Virus record (IMG/VR): IMGVR_UViG_3300027909_000017
From: a virus
DNA length: 64,000 bases
Reading direction: 5' to 3' (one strand)
Shown: in pieces, positions 28,151-37,140 of the stretch
Layout of the letters: every line of letters begins with the position of its first letter
Position numbering within the stretch: position 1 is the stretch's first letter
Translations under genes and position numbers: made by a program
Notes under the pieces: generated by a model
Told to the model about the DNA's origin: nothing
Database searches by the model: none
What the model saw: the letters and a program-made list of their open reading frames with translations, nothing else

Positions 28151-29097
28151 CCGAGACCAACGCGCGCATCCTGTGCGACTCCGTCTCGTCGGCGGGGCAC
28201 CGCCTTATCACGTTCGAGTGCACGTTCCCGCGCATCGTGCTCGCCGAGGTGAACACGCACCGCGACAAGTCACGGAACTCGGCGTCGAGCCGAGCCATCC
28301 CGGTCGAGAAGATGATCAAGCGGGTGCTCGAGGACCCGTACGTGCCAACTCACTGGGGCAAGAACCAGAAGGGTATGCAGGCTGACGAGGACGTGGATGC
28401 TGACGCCGCCGCGGACGCGACGGGTGTTTGGCTGGCGGCTCGCGACGTGATGGTCGAGCAGGCCAACGACCTGCTGAACATCGGCATCCACAAGCAGATC
28501 ACGAACCGCCTGCTCGAGGCGTTCATGTGGCACACGGCGTTGGTCACCGGCACGGAGTGGTCGAACTTCGAGAACCTGCGCGACAACAAGGACGCGCACC
28601 CGGACTTCCGGGACTGCGCGCACATGGTTCGTGAGCTCCGCGCGAAGAGCAATCCGAAGTTGCTCGGAGAAAACGACTGGCACGCACCTCTGCTTTACGA
28701 CGAGGACTTCGAGCAGGCGATCTTGGCCGACCCGACGCACCCGCTCTGCGTGCAAGACCGTCTCATCAAGATCTCCGTCGGTCGCTGCGCGCGCGTGAGC
28801 TACCTGACGCACGACGGAAAGCGCGACCACCAAGCCGACGTCGAACTCTGCGAGCGCTTGCTTGTAAACGGGCACATGTCCCCGTTCGAGCACGTGGCGC
28901 GGCCGATGACGGCGGGTGAACTCGAGCTATTCAAGTCTTTTAAATTCAGGTGGAACGGCGAGGGTTGGGCACATGTAGCAGGCCAGAACGGCGAGTACGA
29001 GTACACGCACTTCCTCGGCAACGTGCAGGGCTGGGTCCAGTACCGGAAGTTGATCCCGCACGAGGACGACATCCTGGGAGCTCGGCAATGCGCGTAG
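28147..29097 (+). CDS. thyX: FAD-dependent thymidylate synthase
   Basis: EVNTHRDKSRNSASSRAIP, RCARVSY, HMSPFEH. Confidence 0.9.
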   Translation: MTETNARILCDSVSSAGHRLITFECTFPRIVLAEVNTHRDKSRNSASSRAIPVEKMIKRVLEDPYVPTHWGKNQKGMQADEDVDADAAADATGVWLAARDVMVEQANDLLNIGIHKQITNRLLEAFMWHTALVTGTEWSNFENLRDNKDAHPDFRDCAHMVRELRAKSNPKLLGENDWHAPLLYDEDFEQAILADPTHPLCVQDRLIKISVGRCARVSYLTHDGKRDHQADVELCERLLVNGHMSPFEHVARPMTAGELELFKSFKFRWNGEGWAHVAGQNGEYEYTHFLGNVQGWVQYRKLIPHEDDILGARQCA

Positions 29098-29654
29098 CTA
29101 TCTACGGGGCGTCCGGTACCGGCAAGACGACGGTTGCTAAGATGATCAAGCAGGAGTTCGGTTTACCGTTCAACCCGGTAGGCAGCCGGACCGTCGCCAA
29201 GGAGATGGGTTTCGACAACCCCTACGACGTCGACGCCGCAGGCAAGCGCGCCGAGTTCCAGTGGAAGCTCGTCGAGAGCAAGGTGGCGTGGGAGCGCGCG
29301 CACGAGCAGTTCGTCACCGACCGGACCACGCTCGACAACCTCGCGTACACCATGTTGCACGACATCTACGCCGCGAGCGATGACATGTTCATCGCGGCGT
29401 GCCGAGCCGGCTTCGTCAGGTACACGCACCTGATCTTCTGCCCGACGAGCGTCTTCTGCTCGCTCGACGACCCGCACCGCGTGCAGAACATCAACTACCA
29501 GCGGCTCTACGAGGTCTTGCTCAAAGCGCTGATCCTGCACGCCGTGACCGAGGACAAGTTGATGACCGACATTCGCGTCGTCCACGCGGCGACAGTGGGC
29601 GAACGCAGCAATTGGGTACGCAACTTCAAGAACCTTCTCCAAGCCCATGGATGA
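29088..29654 (+). CDS. P-loop NMP kinase-like (AAA_28) protein
   Basis: IYGASGTGKTT, FVTDRTTLD. Confidence 0.75.
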   Translation: MRVAIYGASGTGKTTVAKMIKQEFGLPFNPVGSRTVAKEMGFDNPYDVDAAGKRAEFQWKLVESKVAWERAHEQFVTDRTTLDNLAYTMLHDIYAASDDMFIAACRAGFVRYTHLIFCPTSVFCSLDDPHRVQNINYQRLYEVLLKALILHAVTEDKLMTDIRVVHAATVGERSNWVRNFKNLLQAHG

Positions 29655-30069
29655 CCGCACGTACCGGATCCGGTGCGAGATTCTGGACCTGTTCTTGGAC
29701 GCGCAGGCTCTGATCTTTGAGAGGATCCGCGCGCGCTATTCGATTCCGGCGCTACCCATCTGCGCGAGGGGGACATGCATCGTTTGCGGCTCGGAGTTCG
29801 AGGCCGGACCGCACGCGATCGGGTTGAAGATCTATTGCAGCTCCCGGTGCAGCATGCGGCAGCGGAACCTGCGCCGTCGCCCCCAGGTCGAGCGCTCGAC
29901 GGCGAGGTGCCCCTGTTGTTCCGCAGAGTTCGAGACGGATGGGATCAAGCTTTTCTGTAGCAAGCGATGCGGGCGTCGAGTGAGGAAACGCCGCATGAAA
30001 GAGCGACGGCTTGACGGTGACACTGTGTCACCTGCTATAGTCCCCGGATGCAGATCATCTGGCGACTAG
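29647..30069 (+). CDS. twin zinc-finger protein
   Basis: CIVCG...YCSSRC and CPCC...FCSKRC. Confidence 0.55.
   Translation: MDDRTYRIRCEILDLFLDAQALIFERIRARYSIPALPICARGTCIVCGSEFEAGPHAIGLKIYCSSRCSMRQRNLRRRPQVERSTARCPCCSAEFETDGIKLFCSKRCGRRVRKRRMKERRLDGDTVSPAIVPGCRSSGD
30011..30041 (+). promoter_or_regulatory. promoter with a perfect palindromic operator in the spacer
   Basis: TTGACG...TGcTATAGT; GGTGACAC-T-GTGTCACC at 30016-30032. Confidence 0.7.
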
Positions 30070-30518
30070 AGCTCAAGGACGGAAACATCGTCGACGTCTT
30101 CTCCGCGTGGTTGAACGTTGAGGGCAAACAAGAGACGATGAAGAACGGGAAGCAGGACGTCCCGGTGATCATCGCGGCCATCTCGTTCGTGCCGAAGATC
30201 GACGACATCCTCCCCGACGGCGTGGTCGAGACGGTGCCAGCCCACTTCCTGCTCATCAGCGGCGTCAAGAGCCCGAACGGCATCATGCCGTACACGGGGC
30301 TCGACCAGATCTGGGCCGACGAGGTGAAACGCGTGCGCCGCGAGTTCGTGCCCAACCAGGCGAACTTCGGTTTCGAGGAGGGCCCCTGCACCGAGGTCAA
30401 TGACGCCTACAAGGAGTGGTGGGAGGAGACGACCGACCAAACCGAAAAAGACGAAGATGACGAGGACGAAAAGGACCCGCCGCCTGCCCCGGAAGCGCAG
30501 CCCGCTGCTTCCTCCTGA
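30048..30518 (+). CDS. hypothetical protein
   Basis: ATG 6 nt after TATAGT, no SD. Confidence 0.7.
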   Translation: MQIIWRLELKDGNIVDVFSAWLNVEGKQETMKNGKQDVPVIIAAISFVPKIDDILPDGVVETVPAHFLLISGVKSPNGIMPYTGLDQIWADEVKRVRREFVPNQANFGFEEGPCTEVNDAYKEWWEETTDQTEKDEDDEDEKDPPPAPEAQPAASS

Positions 30519-30712
30519 TGCCCGTGGCGACCGACAAGATCCGCGTCACCGTCCGCATCAGTCCGGAGCTCCACGATAAGTTCATCCGGACCAGCGAGAA
30601 GTTGCGCCTGTCGCGTTCGGTCATCCTCGAGCAAGCGCTCTCGAACTGGTTGGGTCAAGATTCCATAGTGCTGAGCACTCGGAAGAAGAACGGTAACGGT
30701 CGAGCGCGATGA
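30518..30712 (+). CDS. ribbon-helix-helix regulator
   Basis: IRVTVRISPELHDKF...LSRSVILEQAL. Confidence 0.75.
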   Translation: MPVATDKIRVTVRISPELHDKFIRTSEKLRLSRSVILEQALSNWLGQDSIVLSTRKKNGNGRAR

Positions 30713-30909
30713 GCGGTGCCAACGGAAAGAAGAAGCGTTTTCACGTCTGCATCGACGAGGAGCTCTACGCGAAACTGGGTGCCGCGAGCCGCGAGCTCGG
30801 TGTCTCGCAGTCCGTGATCGTCGTGCAGGCACTCCGATCGTGGTTGCGCGGTCGGGGGAATCGGAGGAGATTCCTCGACAACGGCGGCTCGTCCGTCAAG
30901 GAGCTGTGA
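30709..30909 (+). CDS. ribbon-helix-helix regulator
   Basis: RFHVCIDEELYAKL...VSQSVIVVQAL. Confidence 0.75.
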   Translation: MSGANGKKKRFHVCIDEELYAKLGAASRELGVSQSVIVVQALRSWLRGRGNRRRFLDNGGSSVKEL

Positions 30910-30910
30910 C

Positions 30911-31234
30911 ATGGCCTTCCAAGCGGTCCTCGTCTACGACATGCTCACCGGTTATCAGAACAACGCCGCGTTGATGAACAAGGACCTCACGCCGCTAAGC
31001 GTGAGTTCCACTCTCGAAGCGCTGGGCTTCGACCGCGTGGGGGACATGACCGTCTCGACGAGCGGCCTGACCCTGCGCCGGACGATCACCGTGCGGACGA
31101 ATGCGGTCGGCGACCGGCTCTGGAACTCGGCTGATCAGGTGAAGGCGATCACGATGCGGCTGTTCCGGGGTGGCTTGGCCATGCTGCTGCCGAGTGTGGT
31201 GACGGCATCTGATCCAGTGGTTACAGAGGTTTGA
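30911..31234 (+). CDS. hypothetical protein
   Basis: AAGGAG RBS. Confidence 0.65.
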   Translation: MAFQAVLVYDMLTGYQNNAALMNKDLTPLSVSSTLEALGFDRVGDMTVSTSGLTLRRTITVRTNAVGDRLWNSADQVKAITMRLFRGGLAMLLPSVVTASDPVVTEV

Positions 31235-32829
31235 ATCGCATGTCGGAAGACGAAGAGAACGAGAGGGGCAGCAAGAAGAAGGGCCGGAAACGCACGCCGA
31301 CTCGGCGCGCGAACATCGCCCCGGGGCCGATGTACCCGTCCGGAACTCCGGTCGACCCGTCGACAGGTCTGCCGTACGACAATTACCCAATCGACGCGCG
31401 CACCGCTCGGCAGGTCGGTTATGACTCAGAGAGCGCGAGGGTGAACGCAGTCATGGGACACGTACAGAAGCGGAAGGCCGCGGGGGATACCAACATCCGA
31501 TTCAACGCACCCGAGCACGCGAAGTACCAGCTCGCGGTGAACGAGAATCCCGGAGCGCGGATCCGGTTCGAACAGGTCGAGCCCGTCGAGGACTACAACA
31601 TCCCGGAGTCCACGCTCGGGGCGCTACCCTCGCTCGGGAAAGCGATCGAGTACTTGAAGCGGCACCACTGGCGCGGGCAGCGCGCCGTCTACAAGTGGTA
31701 CGTCTACGACTCGACTAACTATCAAAAAGCTGCTGGTCGCATCCCATTCGACGTGCAGCAGGAGGAAGAAGTGGTGCAGCAACCTCCCGGCAACAATGGT
31801 CAGCCGCCTTATCCGGGCATGATGCCCGGGATGCCAGGTATGCCCGGTTTCGGCGTGCAAGGCACACCCGGCTTCCCTCAGATGCCCATGAACCCTTGGG
31901 GCATGGGCATGCCGATGATGCCGTTCCCGTTCGCGATGCCGTACCAGCAGCAGGCTGCGCCGCCGGTCGCGCCTCCGCAGCAGGTGCCGCCGCAACCGGC
32001 GCAGGGCCAGCCGCAGATGCCGTTCCCGTACCCGATGCCGGCCGGGATGGATCCGAATGTCGTCAACATGCTGCTTGCGCTGACGCGAGAGAATGCCGCG
32101 CTCGTTGAGGAAACGCGCCGAGCCGCGCAGCAGGCGCAGGCGGGTCAGCAGCCGGTGATGACGCCGCAGATGATGTACATGATGATGACGATGTACCCGT
32201 GGATGTTCCCGGGCATGACCGCGCAGCAACAGCAACAGCAGCCCAAAGAAGAGCCGAAACCGGAGAAGCCCAAGACGCCGATCGAGCAGATGAAGGACAC
32301 GATCGGGATGATGCAGACCGTCGCGAGCATGGGTCGCAAGTTCGCTACCGACTTCAGCCCCGAGGACGCGGAGAAGCCGGACCCGAACCGACAAGAAGTG
32401 AACGAAGACGCCTACCCGTACGTCGTGAAGGAGTTCCCGCACTGGCGCATGGTCGTGAGCAAGGACGGAGAACCCGTCGACGCGGCGACGTCGGTCGCGC
32501 ACAACCTCGACAAGGTGCAGGAAGGCGTGCGTGGCCTGTTCAAGGAGATCCGCGAGGGCGTCAAAGAGTTCATCGAGCACAAGGACAACCAGGTCGAGGC
32601 GAAGAGTCGCCACGAGCAGGAGGCCCTCGAGCGCAAGCAGGTCGAGTTGAAGCTCGCGCAGGAGCAGATCAAACAGCAGGAGGAGGCGTTGCAGCAGGGC
32701 GAGCGCATGGTGACCTTGCAAGAGCGCATGGCGCGACTCGGCATCACGCCCAACAACGCCCCAAACGGCAACGCACCCGGTAACGTGCCGCCGTCACCTA
32801 ACGGCAGCGGCGTCGCGGATCCGCAGTAA
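31231..32829 (+). CDS. hypothetical protein with Pro/Gln/Met low-complexity region and coiled coil
   Basis: 532 aa ORF; start may be ATG 31239. Confidence 0.75.
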   Translation: MNRMSEDEENERGSKKKGRKRTPTRRANIAPGPMYPSGTPVDPSTGLPYDNYPIDARTARQVGYDSESARVNAVMGHVQKRKAAGDTNIRFNAPEHAKYQLAVNENPGARIRFEQVEPVEDYNIPESTLGALPSLGKAIEYLKRHHWRGQRAVYKWYVYDSTNYQKAAGRIPFDVQQEEEVVQQPPGNNGQPPYPGMMPGMPGMPGFGVQGTPGFPQMPMNPWGMGMPMMPFPFAMPYQQQAAPPVAPPQQVPPQPAQGQPQMPFPYPMPAGMDPNVVNMLLALTRENAALVEETRRAAQQAQAGQQPVMTPQMMYMMMTMYPWMFPGMTAQQQQQQPKEEPKPEKPKTPIEQMKDTIGMMQTVASMGRKFATDFSPEDAEKPDPNRQEVNEDAYPYVVKEFPHWRMVVSKDGEPVDAATSVAHNLDKVQEGVRGLFKEIREGVKEFIEHKDNQVEAKSRHEQEALERKQVELKLAQEQIKQQEEALQQGERMVTLQERMARLGITPNNAPNGNAPGNVPPSPNGSGVADPQ

Positions 32830-32889
32830 CTCCGTAGTTTCGCGCAGTGAACTTGCAGCGCGCGCCGGCGCAGTCGCATACTGCTGGGC

Positions 32890-33786
32890 GTGCAACTCCA
32901 AGAGCTTGTCACCACGATCCGACCGCACCCGTGGGGCGAGGCCGGTGTCCGGAGCTCGCTGGATGAGGTTGCGCGCTACGTCTCGAAAGGCATCAGCAAC
33001 CCGTACGTCCGCACGTTCGCGATCGACAAACTAGCCGAGGCGCAGGCTCGCGGCATTAATGTCGACACGTCGCGCGGACGCGCCGAGGTGCTGCTCGAGG
33101 TGTTTCAGCGCGAGAAACTGTGGGTGCCGGACCCGGTCAATGCCGAGTACATGCCCGAGGCTCACCTCATCGCGTGCGACCCCAACAAGCCGCACGTGAC
33201 GCCCGAGGGCAAGACGCTCGTCTGCAAGAGGGGCGACGACTGCGACGGTAAGACGATCGGACTCGGCGCGTGCTTCGGCGCGGTCGGGTTGAACAGTGTG
33301 GTCGTCGGGCACGGTTACGACCCCGATGGTGGTCGCATCGAGCACGTGCTGACGATGGTCTGGCTCGGGAAGCGTTGGCACTACGCCGACCCGAGCTTGA
33401 AAGAACTGAAACTTGGCCAGTGCGTGCCGTTCACGCGCGAGCGCGTGCTGAGCGTGCCGAACGTGCAGGTGCTCTGCGACGCGAGCTCGTGCATGACCGG
33501 CCAGGAGACGCGCTTCAACCCCGACGACATGAACTTCGTCAACGAGGGGATATTCGTCGGCGTCGCCGGCGCGCCGAACTCGCTCGCGGGAGTGCGCTCG
33601 CCCATCGTCTGGGTGACGAACGAAAAGCCGATGGTGCAGTGGCTCGGTTCTATCGGCGAGACCGCGGCGCAAAACAACCAGACCGCGCAGCGCTTCACCA
33701 CACTGGAGAAGATCTTGCTCGCGGGAACTTTCATCAGCGCGACCACGCTCGCGCTCGAGCTCTACGACCGCACGAGGCAGCTATGA
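32890..33786 (+). CDS. transglutaminase-like cysteine protease with C-terminal TM
   Basis: Triad motifs GDDCDG, IEHVL, WHYADPS; tag IVWV..VQWLG before a hydrophobic C-terminus. Confidence 0.75.
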   Translation: MQLQELVTTIRPHPWGEAGVRSSLDEVARYVSKGISNPYVRTFAIDKLAEAQARGINVDTSRGRAEVLLEVFQREKLWVPDPVNAEYMPEAHLIACDPNKPHVTPEGKTLVCKRGDDCDGKTIGLGACFGAVGLNSVVVGHGYDPDGGRIEHVLTMVWLGKRWHYADPSLKELKLGQCVPFTRERVLSVPNVQVLCDASSCMTGQETRFNPDDMNFVNEGIFVGVAGAPNSLAGVRSPIVWVTNEKPMVQWLGSIGETAAQNNQTAQRFTTLEKILLAGTFISATTLALELYDRTRQL

Positions 33787-34724
33787 ATTGGGTAAATCCT
33801 ATCAAGATCCCGGCAGAATTGAAGCGTCTTGGTCTCGGTCAAGCAGCCGATCCGAATCTAGACGCTTGGGCACAGATGATCACCGCGCTTCGCGACAGCG
33901 TCCAACTTTCTTGGAACGCTGCGAAGGCTTCGTACCTGGGTCTGAAGAAGGTCCGCGAAGATCTCGGTCTGCCGTTCATCGCGGCGCCGAGCGGAGAAAC
34001 TGATGCGAATGTTGGAGCGTGGGGCGCCGACCTCGACCAACAAGCCGTCGACTTGCAGGCCATCAACACGATCCTGATCAACGCCGCTAACGACGTCCTC
34101 GAGAACAAGCGCAAACTCATCTGGGATCCGACTCTGAAAGAGTTTGTCATTGAGGCGTTGCCCGACGACGTCGTGCGCGTGGAGAACGTCGGCGGCAAAC
34201 CGACGCTGGTCCTGATCACGACCGGCGCCGCCACTCACAGCACCGGCACGATCGGTATCGCGCCGCTGGCGATCGGTGCTGGCGTCGCGGTCTTGGCCGT
34301 CGTCGCCGGCATCGGTCTCTACTCGTTGGTCAAGGACACGAACGCGACGATGCGCTCGCTCGCGGAGCAGAAGACGACGCAGACGCTCTCAAACAATCAA
34401 GTGAAGATGATCGAGAAGGGCGCTACGCCGGAGCAGGCGGCGCAAGCCACCAAAGCGGTCACCGACGGAGTCGCGTCGATTAAAGAAGCTGACGCGAAAC
34501 TCGAGCAAGCGAAGGCCGGAGGAAAAGACGTCGACGCTTGGACTAACTTGATCAAGACCGGCGGATTCATCGCGCTCGGTCTCGGCGTTCTCTACATCGT
34601 CGCGCAACTCGTACCGAAGGGCGGTGTGCGTAGCACAGCACCGGCGATGCCGATGCAAGAGAACCGTCGGCGTCGTCGGCGTCGGTCGAATCGGACCAGG
34701 ACTCGAGCCGCCTACGCGAGGTGA
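33783..34724 (+). CDS. tagged virion membrane protein (MNWV), two TMs, QEN-poly-Arg tail
   Basis: ATG 33783 coupled; TMs IAPLAIGAGVAVLAVVAGIGL and FIALGLGVLYIVAQLV. Confidence 0.75.
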   Translation: MNWVNPIKIPAELKRLGLGQAADPNLDAWAQMITALRDSVQLSWNAAKASYLGLKKVREDLGLPFIAAPSGETDANVGAWGADLDQQAVDLQAINTILINAANDVLENKRKLIWDPTLKEFVIEALPDDVVRVENVGGKPTLVLITTGAATHSTGTIGIAPLAIGAGVAVLAVVAGIGLYSLVKDTNATMRSLAEQKTTQTLSNNQVKMIEKGATPEQAAQATKAVTDGVASIKEADAKLEQAKAGGKDVDAWTNLIKTGGFIALGLGVLYIVAQLVPKGGVRSTAPAMPMQENRRRRRRRSNRTRTRAAYAR

Positions 34725-34730
34725 TGAGCC

Positions 34731-35276
34731 GTGGCACGTCCTCAGATCGCAAAAACCACCGTGTGCGACAGTCGCGAATGTCGCCGCGTAAACCTGCTCG
34801 TTCGTGGCACGCACATCGAGCTCGTTTCTGTCGAGCGAGTGCGCGAGGTCGGTTACCACAAACTCGACTACTATAAGATGCCGAGTGACGTGAAGTTTCC
34901 AGCGGAATATGTGCTGGTTCAGGACACTTCAGGCGAAGCGCTGCGACGCTGCGACTTCTACATCGTGCGCGCGAAGTCGAGTGGGTCGATCGTGGGCCAC
35001 GATACGAGTGACAAAGTTCTGCGTGATGCAGAAGAGTACTTTCGAAACGGACGACGCATGTCTTCGACGAATGTCGACATCCCAAACGGAGCGTGGCATC
35101 GTCTCGGGAAGGTACAGTTCATTCGGTATCGCCGCTGGGGACATGCGAAGGGTTTTTACGAGCACGAGTACTCACCGACCGTCGTCTTGCAACAGACGGC
35201 GAGCGGAGCGCGTGCGTGGCGACTCCCACTACCTGGTGGATGTCAAGTTGACAGTAGAGGTTTCGGTTGGCCATGA
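34731..35276 (+). CDS. hypothetical protein in the morphogenesis module
   Basis: ORF between membrane and core-like genes. Confidence 0.7.
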   Translation: MARPQIAKTTVCDSRECRRVNLLVRGTHIELVSVERVREVGYHKLDYYKMPSDVKFPAEYVLVQDTSGEALRRCDFYIVRAKSSGSIVGHDTSDKVLRDAEEYFRNGRRMSSTNVDIPNGAWHRLGKVQFIRYRRWGHAKGFYEHEYSPTVVLQQTASGARAWRLPLPGGCQVDSRGFGWP

Positions 35277-35277
35277 T
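35241..35277 (+). promoter_or_regulatory. promoter candidate for core/capsid genes
   Basis: Palindrome TGTCAA-G-TTGACA; TTGACA-N18-CATGAT. Confidence 0.45.
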
Positions 35278-37054
35278 GCCGCTGACCAAGTTGGCTGCGC
35301 GCGTGCAAGCGCGTTTGGATGAAGCGAATCTGGAGGAGAATCCGGTGGCACAAGCCGTCAAAGAGAATCGCCGTCGCAAGGGCAGCAAGAAACCGAGCGC
35401 TGCTCAGTTGCGTGCACGCGAGAAGTTCGCGCGCATGGCTCGGTCAGGAAAGTTCAAGCGCAAGCGTCGCAAGAAGGAACTCGCGCAGAATCGAAAGATG
35501 AGCAAACGGCGTAGCCGGCGCATGGAGGACAATCGCCGGAATCGCACCTACCAAGCAAACCGGGGACGCAAGTACGAGTCGAATCAGAGCGCCCCCGCGA
35601 AGTCACAACAGGAGAATGCATCCATGGCCGCCGAACTCGAAGAGAACGCAAGGAAGGGCAAGAAGAAGGGCAAGAAGCGCCGGAAGGGGCGTCGCAAGGG
35701 TCGTAAGACCAAGCGACGCGCCAAAGCCCGTTCTCGAAAAGGCGGACGTCGCAAGAGTCGTCGTGGCAAGCGCAGGGCCGTGCGTACGGTCAAGACCCAC
35801 GTCGTGTCTTTGCCGCGCAGCACCGTCGCCGTCACGGAGAAGAAGCGTCGTCGCCGCAAGAAGAAGGCCGGCAAGAAGAAGCGTCGTGGCGGAGGTCGTC
35901 GGAAACGCGCGCTGATGGAGAACCCGTCTGGATTCTTCAGCGGCCCGGGACCGATGGCTCTCTACGAGAACCAAGCCGGCCCGTTCACGATGGCCGGACT
36001 CCGCGCCTACGGCGTCGCCGCCGTCGGTGTCGGCCTCGGTTTGATCGTCGCCGACGTGACGGATCGCTTGATCGCGACCCGCACGCCGAAAGACGGTCGC
36101 AACCCGTGGTACGGCAAGGACGCGGCCGGAGCGATCCGGATGCGCCCCGATGCGTGGCGTCTCGGCGGACAGGCCGGTGGTGCGGTTGCCGGTATGGCGG
36201 TCGCCTACTGGGCGCGCGGTCGCGGCATCATCCCGTGGCTCGTCGGCGGCATCGCTGTCGGCTTCGGCGCGAACCTGGTCAAGCAACTCTGGGACTGGTA
36301 CCTCGCTCCGACTGTCATGAAGGTCGAGCTCGCGGACGCGGGCAAGCCCAGCATCGGCAATCGGCTCTACTCCCTGGAGCAGAATTACATCCAGGAGCAG
36401 GTCGCGAAACTCTTCGCGCAGCGTCCGTTCGTCGCGTCGCTCGCGCCGGGACAGAACGACCCGCCCCAGATCACGTCCCCGCTCGGCGGTGGCGGAACCG
36501 GCGCCGGTCCGATGTACCAGCTCTCGGGTCAGCCCGGAGTTGGTCGCCCCGGACAGAACGCGCGCTCGGTCATCCGCACCGGTCGCGTCGGCACGTGTCA
36601 GGAGTGCGGTTGCTCGGACGGTTGCTACAGCAACTGCCCGACGCTGTGCCCGGACTGCCCGGAGTACAACCAGAACACGATGTGCCGTCACCAGGTGCAA
36701 GCCGGCGACGACATCAACGCGTTCGCTTCGGCGGGTGGCGTGTCGGTCGAACAGATCCTCGCGCTCAACCCGAACACTCCGTGGACACCCGGCAGCGTCG
36801 TCTTCCTCCCTTACGGAGTTTGCTCCGCGATGGAGAAGGGCTCGTTCAACCCGGTGGTCGCTGAGCTCAATCCCGTCGCTCCTCCGAGCCCACTGCCCGT
36901 CCCGCTCACCGCGGAGACGATGGTGGAACCGCCGGGTGGTCCGGTCGCGCCTCCGGCTGCCTTCGCGGCTCCCGGCGTGTACGGCACACCCATGAACGGC
37001 GACGATCACATCAAGAAGGCGATGATCTTCTCGGGCGGTCTTCGCAGGGACTGA
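35267..37054 (+). CDS. Lys/Arg-rich membrane protein with Cys cluster and LysM domain (core-like)
   Basis: Basic N-third with repeated xEN motifs; central TMs; CQECGC...; HQVQAGDD...GVSVEQILALNP...PGSVVFLP at about 36686-36811. Confidence 0.75.
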   Translation: MAMMPLTKLAARVQARLDEANLEENPVAQAVKENRRRKGSKKPSAAQLRAREKFARMARSGKFKRKRRKKELAQNRKMSKRRSRRMEDNRRNRTYQANRGRKYESNQSAPAKSQQENASMAAELEENARKGKKKGKKRRKGRRKGRKTKRRAKARSRKGGRRKSRRGKRRAVRTVKTHVVSLPRSTVAVTEKKRRRRKKKAGKKKRRGGGRRKRALMENPSGFFSGPGPMALYENQAGPFTMAGLRAYGVAAVGVGLGLIVADVTDRLIATRTPKDGRNPWYGKDAAGAIRMRPDAWRLGGQAGGAVAGMAVAYWARGRGIIPWLVGGIAVGFGANLVKQLWDWYLAPTVMKVELADAGKPSIGNRLYSLEQNYIQEQVAKLFAQRPFVASLAPGQNDPPQITSPLGGGGTGAGPMYQLSGQPGVGRPGQNARSVIRTGRVGTCQECGCSDGCYSNCPTLCPDCPEYNQNTMCRHQVQAGDDINAFASAGGVSVEQILALNPNTPWTPGSVVFLPYGVCSAMEKGSFNPVVAELNPVAPPSPLPVPLTAETMVEPPGGPVAPPAAFAAPGVYGTPMNGDDHIKKAMIFSGGLRRD

Positions 37055-37140
37055 TCGAAGAGACGTCAACAAGAGTTCTGAGTTTTTGAACAAAGGGCCC
37101 GGGGCGGAAGAAGCCGTCTCGGGCAGGAGAAAGAAAGACA

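Noticed and set aside
29088-29654. Genome packaging ATPase
   Set aside because: Short, kinase-like DRT motif, sits beside thyX, lacks FtsK/A32 features
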